Source of the DNA: Anaeromyxobacteraceae bacterium
GTDB lineage: Bacteria; Myxococcota; Myxococcia; Myxococcales; Anaeromyxobacteraceae
Direction: 5' to 3'
NCBI GenBank assembly: GCA_047602405.1
Contig: JASGHJ010000002.1
Span: 2,336,001 to 2,400,000 of the forward strand
DNA: 64,000 nt
Part shown: piece after piece, positions 19,778 to 28,697 of the stretch
How positions within the stretch are numbered: the first letter of the stretch is position 1
Layout: every line of letters begins with the position of its first letter
The notes under the pieces: model-generated
What the model saw: only the letters and a program-made list of their open reading frames with translations
What the model was told of the DNA's origin: nothing
Database searches by the model: none
Made by a program: the position numbers and the translations under genes

Positions 19778-20599
19778 ATGAAGACCACCCTGCGCACCCT
19801 CCTCGCCGCCGCCGCCTTGCTCCTCGCGAGCCGCGCGTCCGCCGGCTCCGTCGTGAAGGTCTCCGACCCCGCCGGCGACGACAACGGGCCGGGCAACTAC
19901 ACCTACCCGACCGACGCCGTGTACAAGCCCGGCTCGTTCGACATCACCGAGTTCGAGGTCGTCGACAACGGGGACACGGTCGAGTTCCGCGTGACGGTGA
20001 AGTCGAAGATCGACGACCCGTGGGACTCCGCCGCCTGGGGCGGCAACGGCTTCTCGGTCCAGATGGCCGCGATCCACCTCGACCTCGACCACAAGGCGGG
20101 GAGCGGCCACACCCAGTCGCTGCCCGGCTTCAACGTGCGCTTCGCGCCGGACGAGGGCTGGGAGAAGTGCGTGATCATCTCGCCGCAGGGCCCGACCCGC
20201 GTGAACTCGGAGATCGACCAGAAGGCCGCGGCCCTCAAGAAGGACATCATCGTCCCGAAGATCACCCGCGCCTCGGGCAAGTCGCTCATCGCCGTCGTCG
20301 ACAAGAAGGATCTCGGCGCGGCCCCGACGCCGGCCTGGGGCTACCAGGTCCTCATGCAGTCGAACGAGGGCTTCCCGGACAAGGGCGACCTCCTCACCCG
20401 CAAGGTGAACGAGTTCGAGGGCCAGCACCGGTTCGGCGGCGGCACCGACTACGACAACGACCCGCAGGTCATGGACATCCTCGTGCCGCCGGGCCAGAAG
20501 CAGTCGGAGATCCTCTCGAAGTGGAACCACGACACGAAGGAGCCCAAGCCCGAGGACCTGTGCGTGGTCCCGATGGTGTACCCGGGCGCCGCGAAGTGA
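19778..20599 (+). CDS. Secreted glucodextranase DOMON-like (carbohydrate-binding) protein
   Basis: Signal peptide; DPAGDDNGPGNYTYPT, GSFDI, NGFSVQ; AGGAG RBS. Confidence 0.8.
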   Translation: MKTTLRTLLAAAALLLASRASAGSVVKVSDPAGDDNGPGNYTYPTDAVYKPGSFDITEFEVVDNGDTVEFRVTVKSKIDDPWDSAAWGGNGFSVQMAAIHLDLDHKAGSGHTQSLPGFNVRFAPDEGWEKCVIISPQGPTRVNSEIDQKAAALKKDIIVPKITRASGKSLIAVVDKKDLGAAPTPAWGYQVLMQSNEGFPDKGDLLTRKVNEFEGQHRFGGGTDYDNDPQVMDILVPPGQKQSEILSKWNHDTKEPKPEDLCVVPMVYPGAAK

Positions 20600-20625
20600 T
20601 TGCCCCGCAGCACGTGGAGACGCCG

Positions 20626-22563
20626 ATGATCAACTGGGGGAAGGGGCTCATCGTCGCGGTCGCGGTGCTCGCGCTCGCCGGACAGGCGCGCGCGGACACC
20701 TCGAACTTCGACATGAGCGGCAAGATCTACACGAAGTACATGTACAAGAACGACAACAGCCAGGGCTGCCTGTCGCTCTCGAACCCGTTCTGGGTCGACA
20801 ACATCGGCGGCTCGAACGGCGCCTGCACCGAGTTCGAGCTCAACATCAAGGGCAAGATCGGGCCGAAGGTCCAGGCCGGCGTCCGGCTCCAGAGCCGCTG
20901 GGGCATGATCTGGCAGGACTGGTGGGAGAACGGCGATCTCAAGCCCGGCGTCGCCGACACGTCCGGCGAGTCGCTCGGCATGAACCACGCCGCGTACATG
21001 AAGCTGCGCGGCGCCTTCTTCCGGATGGCGCCGCCGATCCCGACGGTGCGGTGGGTGACCATCGGCTCGACCGACTACTCGATGTGGAACGAGTGGACGA
21101 TCGGCAAGTCGCGCTACATCGACCGCGACAACGGCTCGGGCCTCTTCTTCGAGGGTGACGCGCTCTCCGCGAAGAAGCTCTCCTACACCGTCGGGGCGAT
21201 GGCGGCCCCGAAGCTGTGGGCCGGCCCCGGCTGGCAGACCGGCCTCAAGGACAACGACCCGAAGGCCTCGCTCTACGGCACCGACTGGGCCTTCGCGGCG
21301 AAGTTCGACAGCCAGACCACCTCCGAGCTCCGCACCCGCCTCATCGCGACCTGGCTGCAGGACTGGGAGGCGGACAAGTACAGCCCGTTCCTCACCGGTG
21401 CGCCCCGCGCCGACCGCAACGCCGACCACGGCGTGGCGCTCGACACCCGGTTCCGCGGCGTCAACGTGACGCTCGACGGCACCTACCAGCCGGAGTGGTA
21501 CGACAAGCTCAACCTCACCGGCCTGGTGGCGTACTCCAACAACTACGTCAACCCGACCTACGCGACGAACCTCGTCACGAACGGTCAAGGCTTCTCGCCG
21601 GTGGTCTTCCGCCAGGACGACGCCGGCAAGGCGGTCGCCTCGGTCGGCTACGCGGGCAAGCTCGACTTCGAGCTCTTCGACCCCTGGGACAACGGCCTCT
21701 CGCTCAAGGGCGAGTACTTCAACATCGGCGCCGAGTACAACGCGGTCATGGGCTCCCGCCGCGAGGCGGACGTGCTCCTCACCGACGGCATCATCACGGG
21801 CGGCTTCACCCGCGGCGGCCAGCTCCCCACCCTCAACGTGGCGAACGAGTTCGTCGACTGGGACGAGCCCTGGTACGAGACCGCGATCGGCTGGACCGGC
21901 GGCACGCTCGTGGGCGAGTACGTGAAGGGCAACCTCAAGGCGAGCCTCGAGGGCACCCTCATCGGCTACAACACGAACGCCCAGAACCGCGACGTGAAGA
22001 AGCAGTTCCCGGACTTCCTCTACACGTCCGGCTTCACCGACACCACGGCGTTCACCGCCGACTCCGACTACGCGAACGTCTACGACCGCGGCCGGGATCC
22101 CCGCAGCGTCTACGCCCAGTGGCAGGACCGGTCCACCTGGCTGTCGGTCCTCAACGTCCAGTACCTCCTGCCGAAGGGCGCCGTGCTCAACGGCAAGCTG
22201 AAGTACGTCCACGACTCCGACAAGCGGATGAAGACGAACGCGGACGACGACTACCTGGGCAAGGCGGCCCTCGGGTTCGTGTCGCTCACGCTCCAGCCCA
22301 CGAACGAGCTCAAGACCAGCGTCGGGTACGAGTTCACGAAGTGGGACGAGGCGAAGCGGAACGGCACCCAGGAGGGCGGCTTCTACGACACGACCACGAC
22401 CCGCCACACCGCCCGGGCCGGCTTCTCCTACGCGTTCGGCGGCGCGCTGATCTCGTACTCGCTCGAGTACTTCCACAAGAACCTGAACCGCGACGAGCGC
22501 GCGTACTACGACATGGTCTGGAACGTCTGGCGCTCGAAGGCGACGTTCGAGGTGGCCTGGTGA
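20626..22563 (+). CDS. Predicted outer-membrane beta-barrel protein of unknown family
   Basis: GGAG RBS, signal peptide ending ARA, many amphipathic strands, C-terminal KATFEVAW (terminal aromatic beta-signal). Confidence 0.65.
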   Translation: MINWGKGLIVAVAVLALAGQARADTSNFDMSGKIYTKYMYKNDNSQGCLSLSNPFWVDNIGGSNGACTEFELNIKGKIGPKVQAGVRLQSRWGMIWQDWWENGDLKPGVADTSGESLGMNHAAYMKLRGAFFRMAPPIPTVRWVTIGSTDYSMWNEWTIGKSRYIDRDNGSGLFFEGDALSAKKLSYTVGAMAAPKLWAGPGWQTGLKDNDPKASLYGTDWAFAAKFDSQTTSELRTRLIATWLQDWEADKYSPFLTGAPRADRNADHGVALDTRFRGVNVTLDGTYQPEWYDKLNLTGLVAYSNNYVNPTYATNLVTNGQGFSPVVFRQDDAGKAVASVGYAGKLDFELFDPWDNGLSLKGEYFNIGAEYNAVMGSRREADVLLTDGIITGGFTRGGQLPTLNVANEFVDWDEPWYETAIGWTGGTLVGEYVKGNLKASLEGTLIGYNTNAQNRDVKKQFPDFLYTSGFTDTTAFTADSDYANVYDRGRDPRSVYAQWQDRSTWLSVLNVQYLLPKGAVLNGKLKYVHDSDKRMKTNADDDYLGKAALGFVSLTLQPTNELKTSVGYEFTKWDEAKRNGTQEGGFYDTTTTRHTARAGFSYAFGGALISYSLEYFHKNLNRDERAYYDMVWNVWRSKATFEVAW

Positions 22564-23964
22564 TGACGAACCGCACGCTCCCCGCCCTCTGCACCCTCCT
22601 CGCCCTCTCGGGTTGCGGGCTCGAGAACCTGTTCACCAACGTCGCCCACCAGGAGTACGAGCGGCCGGCCTCCCGGATCGTCGGCACCTTCACCGGCAAC
22701 GACAACCTGAAGGGGATCGACCCCTCGAAGTTCACGGTGCTCGACCCCGCGGGCGCGGCGTTCACGTCCGACGTGCTGTTCCAGGCCACGGCGAAGGGCG
22801 CCGTCTACGACGTCCGGCTCGCCTCCTCGAAGTACAAGATGGTCCGGATGCAGCTGCAGGTCGGCAACTTCGCGGCGCGGGCGATCGTCCCGTCGGTCGG
22901 CGAGGAGACCACGACCTCCGTGGACCTCTCCCCGCACCATGACGGAGACCCTCATCGTCGAGGCGCGCCTCTCCGCGCAGGGGAAGTCCTTCGGGACGCT
23001 CAGCCCGGAGGCCTTCGCCGGCGCGAGCGAGAACATCCGCGCGGCCTTCGACGTCGCCGGGCCGACCCAGGACCTCCTCCGCATGGTCGAGCGGTGCATG
23101 AAGGCCGGCGACCCCGGCATCAGCGTCCCCGACCCGTACTTCTTCACGGTCCCGACCTACAACGCCGACTTCACCGTGAAGGAGAGCGCGCTCTCCTCGA
23201 CCTGGCTCGGCCTCACGCAGATGGACTACACGGGCGACGACCGCACCGACACGGACTCCGTCGCCTTCGACACGCTCCTCGGCCAGGTGGCGCAGCTCTA
23301 CCGCCCCGAGGGCTGCAAGGACCCGGACCGCCTGCGGGTGATGTTCACGGTGGACTTCAACGCCGGCGCGCTCAACGGCAACTGCGGCATCGGCGACCGG
23401 TTCAAGTGGGCGAAGGACAAGCCGGGCAAGACGATGTACTTCGTCGGCTGGGTCCACCAGGAGTCGGAGGTCCAGGACCCGGCGATCAACACGCTCGTCG
23501 GCGCGAGCTCGCCGAACCAGATCCAGATGTACGACGACGCCACGAACGGCGACGAGACCGCGGGCGACAACATCTACACGGTCTACTTCGACGTGCCCCG
23601 GGACCCCGCGAAGCGGCTCCGCCTCGGCTACAAGTACACCTGGGGCCTGCGCGGCCAGCCCTGGTCCGGCAGCGAGGAGTGGCCCGGCAACTCCCGCATC
23701 ATCCAGGTGGAGGACCAGAACGGCGACGGCTTCGTCTACCGCCGCGACGTGTTCGGCGACGAGGCCACCAACAAGGACAAGTCCAACCTCAACACCTCCG
23801 GCAACGGCGTGGTCGGCTGGGACACCGACCTCCACGCGTGCGGCCCGGAGGCCCGCGAGAACAGGTGGGTGAAGGGCAGCGCCTGCGCCTGCGGCGCCTA
23901 CCACACCCCCACCTCGGTCGGCCCCATCACGGTGGCCGAGCCGGCGGGAGGTTGCCAGCCGTAG
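22563..23964 (+). CDS. Lipoprotein with choice-of-anchor X-like motif; one frameshift near 22930-22938
   Basis: TGATG coupling to the barrel gene, LSGC lipobox, MYDDATNGDETAGDNIYT; frame changes by +1 in a C run before MTETLIV. Confidence 0.7.
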
Positions 23965-24037
23965 AGAGTGATGCACAGCAAGACCGCGTCCGGGCAGGTC
24001 AGTCCGGGCGTGCTACCCCGCAGCAAGGAGTCCGATC

Positions 24038-24968
24038 ATGACGAAGAAGCTCCTCCTCGCCTCCCTCGCCGCCGTCACCCTCGCGGCGTGCGGCAGCGAC
24101 AGCAAGAACGACACGAACACCTGCACGGGCACCCCGTTCGCGCAGCCCACCGGCACGGTCGCCGTGAACTTCACGGTCGACGACTCCGTCAACAAGCTCT
24201 ACGGCGCCAATGACCTGGAGTGGAAGGGTCAGATGCTCTACAACTCCACGACCCGCGTCGTGACCGTGGACGACAGCTGGGGCGGCCCCTTCGCGAAGCT
24301 CTACGACGACGGTCCGTGGGAGTGCGGCGGCCACGAGCCCGCGGGCGCGACGGCCGGCGACTACAAGTGGGGCACGACGGTCTTCGTCGCGAAGCCGGCC
24401 ACCGGCTCGACGACGATCGCGTACGGCCTCCAGGACGCCTACTACCAGACCACGTTCGGCAACGGCTGGATCTGGCCGAGCAGCACGAACGGCTCCTTCG
24501 TCGTGTCCTCCACGACGACCGGTGAGGTCACCGCCCAGGGCCTGAACATCCCGGCCTCCGGCACGATCGATTCTCAGGCTCGTCATCGACAAGAACGCGC
24601 TCGACACGACGAACGGCCCGTGGAGCACCGCCACCGTGAAGGTGAAGGGCTCCTCCTGGGCGTGGGGTGAGGTCACCCTGGCCGACGACGGGACGAAGGG
24701 CGACGCCACCGCCGGCGACGGCAAGTACACCTTCGTGCTCTCGAACTACGTGGGCGCGGGCAAGCCCTTCAAGCACACGGGCCTCCTGAAGAGCGGCGCC
24801 ACGGCCGAGTTCATCTTCGTGCTCAACGGCGTGGAGTACAAGCTCGCGAACGGCAACGCGGCCACCACCGGCGTCACCGCCGGGACGAAGGCCTCGGGCG
24901 CGGCGGACTTCACGGCGGCCACCATCAACATCATCGCGAACAAGAACTCCGCCATCACCGTTCCGTAA
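24038..24968 (+). CDS. Lipoprotein with choice-of-anchor X-like motifs; one frameshift near 24572
   Basis: AAGGAG RBS, LAAC lipobox, LYDDGP..AGD and LADDGTKGDATAGDGKYT; removing one T gives IDLRLVIDKN. Confidence 0.75.
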
Positions 24969-24995
24969 GCGCCTCGGACCGGAGTAGCCTGCGAG

Positions 24996-25030
24996 GAGCC
25001 GGCGGGGACTTCCCGCCGGCTCTTCTTCTT
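24996..25030 (+). terminator. Rho-independent terminator
   Basis: gagccggcggg-loop-cccgccggctc followed by ttcttctt. Confidence 0.75.
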
Positions 25031-25046
25031 CCCGGAGCACCGCCCC

Positions 25047-26285
25047 GTGCGATCCGCCGCCCTGCTCGCGCTCCTCCTCGCCGGCCCTGCCCCCTCGACG
25101 GGCCCGGGGCAGGATACGGCCGGCCCGCGCCTCGTCGTCTCCTTCGACGACCCGGCGGGCGACGCCTACGGCCCCGGCTCCTACGAGCCGCCGGGCGATC
25201 CCCAGTTCCAGGACGGCGACTTCGACCTGCGCCGCTTCGCCGTGCTCGTCGACGGCGACGACGTCATCCTGGAGGTGACGCTCGGCGCGCCGATCCGCCG
25301 CCCCGACGCGCCCCAGCGCACGAACTCCACCTCCATCGATCTCCTGAACGGCATCTACCTCCAGAACGTGGACGTCTACGTCGACACCGACCGCACCCGG
25401 CCCGGCGCCTCGGCCTGCGTCCCAGGGCGGCGTGTCGCCTTCGCCGGCAACCGGACCTGGGAGCACGCCGTCGTCCTCACCCCGCAGCCCGGCCCGGCGC
25501 GGGCGGTCATCCAGGAGGCGCTCGGCCCGGATTCCGCGCGCGTCGTCGTGCCGGACGGGGTCCTGACCCGCGGCCGGACGCTCGTGGTGCGGCTGCCCGC
25601 GGCCGCCCTCGGCGGCACGCCGGAGCGGTCGTGGGGCTGGTCGGTCCAGGTCTCCGGGGCCCGCTGGGAGCGGAGCTTCGGGGCGCTCGACCGGTTCCGC
25701 GACGCGCGCGAGCTCGACGCGTTCACCATGCCGGTGAACGGCGTGCGCGAAGCCTACGCGTTCGGCGGCGCCCCCTCCGGCCAGGCCTACCCGCGGGTGA
25801 TCGACGTGCTCCTGCCGCCCGGCGTGGACCAGCGGAAGGTGCTCGGCGCGCACGATGCGCGCACCGGCGCCTTCGCGCGGGTCCCGTTCGTCTACGGCGA
25901 CGGCGCGGACCCGTTCCTGCCCGAGGGCGGTGTCGCCCCGGCCTCTGCGCCCACCCCGGCCGTCGCCTCCGTCGCCTCCGCCGCGGCGAACGCGGCGCCC
26001 CTGCCCGAGGCGCTCGCGCCGCGCGCGCTGCCCCGCCCGGACGCGGCCCGCCCGGCAGCCGCCGGCGCGTGGACCGTCGCCGACGTGTCCGGCGATCTCG
26101 TCACGATTGCCGGCCCCGCGGCCGGCCTCGCCGCGCTCCGCATCGGCCGCGTGCTCGGCCCGGACGGCGCGACCGTCGCCCGGGTCGTCGTGGGGCGGGT
26201 GGTCGAGGGCGGCATCACCGCGAGCGTCGTCGAGGGGCGGGACCGGATCGTGCGCGGCGCGGCGGTCCGCTTCGACGCCCCATGA
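25047..26285 (+). CDS. Secreted glucodextranase DOMON-like domain protein
   Basis: FDDPAGDAYGPGSYEPP, FDLRRF, QNVDVYVD; Ala/Pro linker then a small C-terminal domain. Confidence 0.75.
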   Translation: MRSAALLALLLAGPAPSTGPGQDTAGPRLVVSFDDPAGDAYGPGSYEPPGDPQFQDGDFDLRRFAVLVDGDDVILEVTLGAPIRRPDAPQRTNSTSIDLLNGIYLQNVDVYVDTDRTRPGASACVPGRRVAFAGNRTWEHAVVLTPQPGPARAVIQEALGPDSARVVVPDGVLTRGRTLVVRLPAAALGGTPERSWGWSVQVSGARWERSFGALDRFRDARELDAFTMPVNGVREAYAFGGAPSGQAYPRVIDVLLPPGVDQRKVLGAHDARTGAFARVPFVYGDGADPFLPEGGVAPASAPTPAVASVASAAANAAPLPEALAPRALPRPDAARPAAAGAWTVADVSGDLVTIAGPAAGLAALRIGRVLGPDGATVARVVVGRVVEGGITASVVEGRDRIVRGAAVRFDAP

Positions 26286-28096
26286 ACGTCCTCGGCATCT
26301 CGGCCTACTACCACGACGCGGCGGCGTGCCTGCTCGTGGACGGCGAGCCGGTCGCGGCCGCGCAGGAGGAGCGCTTCAGCCGCGTGAAGCACGACGCGCG
26401 CTTCCCCTCCCGCGCCATCGCGGCCTGCCTCGCCCAGGGTGGCCTCGTGGCCGGTGACCTCGACGCGGTCGCCTTCTACGACAAGCCGTTCCTGAAGCTC
26501 GAGCGGATCCTCGAGACCCACCTCGCCGTCGCGCCCCGGGGGCTCGCCGGCTTCCTCGCCGCCATCCCGGTCTGGATCGGCGAGAAGCTCTGGGTCCCCG
26601 ACGCGGTGGAGCAGGCGCTCGGCTTCCGCGGCCCGGTGCTGTTCCCCGAGCACCACCTCTCCCACGCGGCCTCTGCCTTCTTCCCCTCCCCCTTCGACCG
26701 GGCCGCCTTCCTCACCGTCGACGGCGTGGGCGAGTGGGCGACCGCGTCGTGGGGCGTCGGCCGGGAGGGCAAGGTCGAGCTCCAGGCCGAGCTCCGCTTC
26801 CCCCACTCGCTCGGGCTCCTCTACTCGGCGTTCACGACCTTCTGCGGGTTCCGCGTCAACTCCGGCGAGTACAAGCTGATGGGGCTCGCCCCGTACGGCG
26901 AGCCGCGCTACGCGCGCGCCATCCGGGAGCACCTCCTCGACCTCAAGCCCGACGGCTCCTTCCGGCTCGACACCTCGTACTTCGGCTACCTCGGCGGCCT
27001 CTCGATGACGAACGCCCGCTTCGAGCGGCTCTTCGGCGGTCCGCCCCGCCGGCCCGAGGCCCCGCTCACGCGGCGCGAGCTGGACCTCGCCCGCTCGGTG
27101 CAGGAGGTGACCGAGGAGATCGTGCTGCGCATGGCCGCGCACGTCCGCAGGGAGACCGGCGAGCGGGACCTGTGCCTCGCCGGTGGGGTCGCGCTCAACT
27201 GCGTCGCGAACGGGAAGCTCCTGCGCGCCGGCACGTTCGACCGGCTCTGGATCCAGCCCGCCGCGGGCGACGCCGGCGGCGCGCTCGGGGCCGCCTTCGC
27301 GGCCGCGCACCACCACCTCGGCGTCCCGGCGCGGCCAAAGGGCGGCCGCGACCGGATGCGGGGCGGCTTCCTCGGGCCCTCCCACGCGGACGACGCGATC
27401 GCGGCGTTCGTGCGGGAGCGCGGGCTGCCGCACGAGCGGCTCCCGGAGGGCGCCCTCCTCGACCGCGTCGCCGCGGCGCTCGAGGCGGGGCAGGTCGTGG
27501 GCTGGTTCCAGGGGCGCATGGAGTTCGGCCCCCGCGCGCTCGGGAACCGCTCCATCCTGGCGGACCCGCGTGCCCCCGACATGCAGCGCCGGCTCAACCT
27601 CGCCATCAAGTTCCGCGAGGGCTTCCGGCCGTTCGCGCCGGCGGTCCCGGCGGAGCGGGCCGCCGACTGGTTCGACCTCGACGTGCCGAGCCCGTACATG
27701 CTCCTCGTGGCGCAGGTGAAGGCGAGCCGGCTGCGCGTCCCCACCGCGGAGGAGGCCGCGCGCGAGGGGCTCGACCGCCTCTCGGTGGCGCGCTCGGAGA
27801 TCCCCGCGGTCACGCACGTGGACGGCTCGGCGCGCGTCCAGACCGTCTCGCGCGAGGACAACCCGCGCCTCCACGCGCTCCTCGAGCGGTTCGGGGCCCG
27901 TACCGGGTGCCCGGTGCTCGTGAACACCTCCTTCAACGTGCGGGGCGAGCCGCCGGTCGAGTCGCCGCTCGACGCGTGGCGCTGCTTCATGAGCACCGGG
28001 ATGGACCTCCTCGTGCTCGGCGATCACCTGCTCGTGAAGGCGGACCAGCCGGCGCTGCCACAGACCGAGCGGAGGGGGCCCCGTGCGCTGGATTGA
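26282..28096 (+). CDS. O-carbamoyltransferase (NodU/CmcH/SxtI family)
   Basis: LGISAYYHDAAA, QEERFSRVKH, EHHLSH, DGVGE, GEYKLMGLAPYG, AGGVALNC, EFGPRALGNRS, KFRE, NTSFN. Confidence 0.95.
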   Translation: MNVLGISAYYHDAAACLLVDGEPVAAAQEERFSRVKHDARFPSRAIAACLAQGGLVAGDLDAVAFYDKPFLKLERILETHLAVAPRGLAGFLAAIPVWIGEKLWVPDAVEQALGFRGPVLFPEHHLSHAASAFFPSPFDRAAFLTVDGVGEWATASWGVGREGKVELQAELRFPHSLGLLYSAFTTFCGFRVNSGEYKLMGLAPYGEPRYARAIREHLLDLKPDGSFRLDTSYFGYLGGLSMTNARFERLFGGPPRRPEAPLTRRELDLARSVQEVTEEIVLRMAAHVRRETGERDLCLAGGVALNCVANGKLLRAGTFDRLWIQPAAGDAGGALGAAFAAAHHHLGVPARPKGGRDRMRGGFLGPSHADDAIAAFVRERGLPHERLPEGALLDRVAAALEAGQVVGWFQGRMEFGPRALGNRSILADPRAPDMQRRLNLAIKFREGFRPFAPAVPAERAADWFDLDVPSPYMLLVAQVKASRLRVPTAEEAAREGLDRLSVARSEIPAVTHVDGSARVQTVSREDNPRLHALLERFGARTGCPVLVNTSFNVRGEPPVESPLDAWRCFMSTGMDLLVLGDHLLVKADQPALPQTERRGPRALD

Positions 28097-28508
28097 CGAC
28101 GTGCGCGACGGCCTCACCGGCCTGGATCAGTCCCCGCGCGCGCTGCGGCGGTTCGGGCTGCTCGTCGGCGCGGTGGTGCTCGGGCTCGGGGCGTGGCTGC
28201 TCTGGCGCGGCCACGCACCGGGGAGGCCGCTCGTCGCGCTCGGGCTCGCGCTCCTGACCCTCGGCCTCGCCGCGCCGCTCGTGCTCGGGCCGGTCCACAC
28301 CGCCTGGATGGCCCTCGCCCTCGCGCTCGGGTGGGTCGTCTCCCGGGGGCTCCTCACGATCGTCTTCTTCCTGGCCGTGACGCCGCTCGCGCTCCTCGCC
28401 CGCCTCGCGGGGAAGCGCTTCCTCGACCTCCGCCCCGATCCTGCCGCGCCGACCTACTGGAGCCGGCGCGCGCCGGACCGGCCGTCCCGGCTCGACAAGA
28501 TGTACTAG
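28083..28508 (+). CDS. SxtJ-family membrane protein
   Basis: LRRFGLLVG, WMALALALGWV, FFLAVTP, TYW, terminal DKMY; follows the carbamoyltransferase. Confidence 0.8.
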   Translation: MRWIDDVRDGLTGLDQSPRALRRFGLLVGAVVLGLGAWLLWRGHAPGRPLVALGLALLTLGLAAPLVLGPVHTAWMALALALGWVVSRGLLTIVFFLAVTPLALLARLAGKRFLDLRPDPAAPTYWSRRAPDRPSRLDKMY

Positions 28509-28535
28509 AGTGGCGGCCGTCTCCAGGGAGCCCGC

Positions 28536-28694
28536 TTGTCCAAGATCCGCATCGTCGGCGAGTACCTCGCCTTCCTCCGCGAGCAGAAGAAGTGGTGGAT
28601 CCTGCCCATCGTGGTGGTGCTCCTCCTCCTCGGCGTTCTCATCGTCCTCACGAAGGGCAGCGCGCTCGCCCCCTTCATCTACGCGCTGTTCTAG
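28536..28694 (+). CDS. DUF5989 / SxtK-like small membrane peptide (52 aa; absent from ORF track)
   Basis: AGGGAG RBS, TTG start; MSKIRIVGEYLAFLREQKKWWILPIVVVLLLLGVLIVLTKGSALAPFIYALF*. Confidence 0.85.
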   Translation: MSKIRIVGEYLAFLREQKKWWILPIVVVLLLLGVLIVLTKGSALAPFIYALF

Positions 28695-28697
28695 GCC

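Noticed and set aside
18130..20625. 1477-aa version of the barrel ORF
   Set aside because: Upstream part is a shadow of two real genes; RBS and signal peptide place the start at 20626
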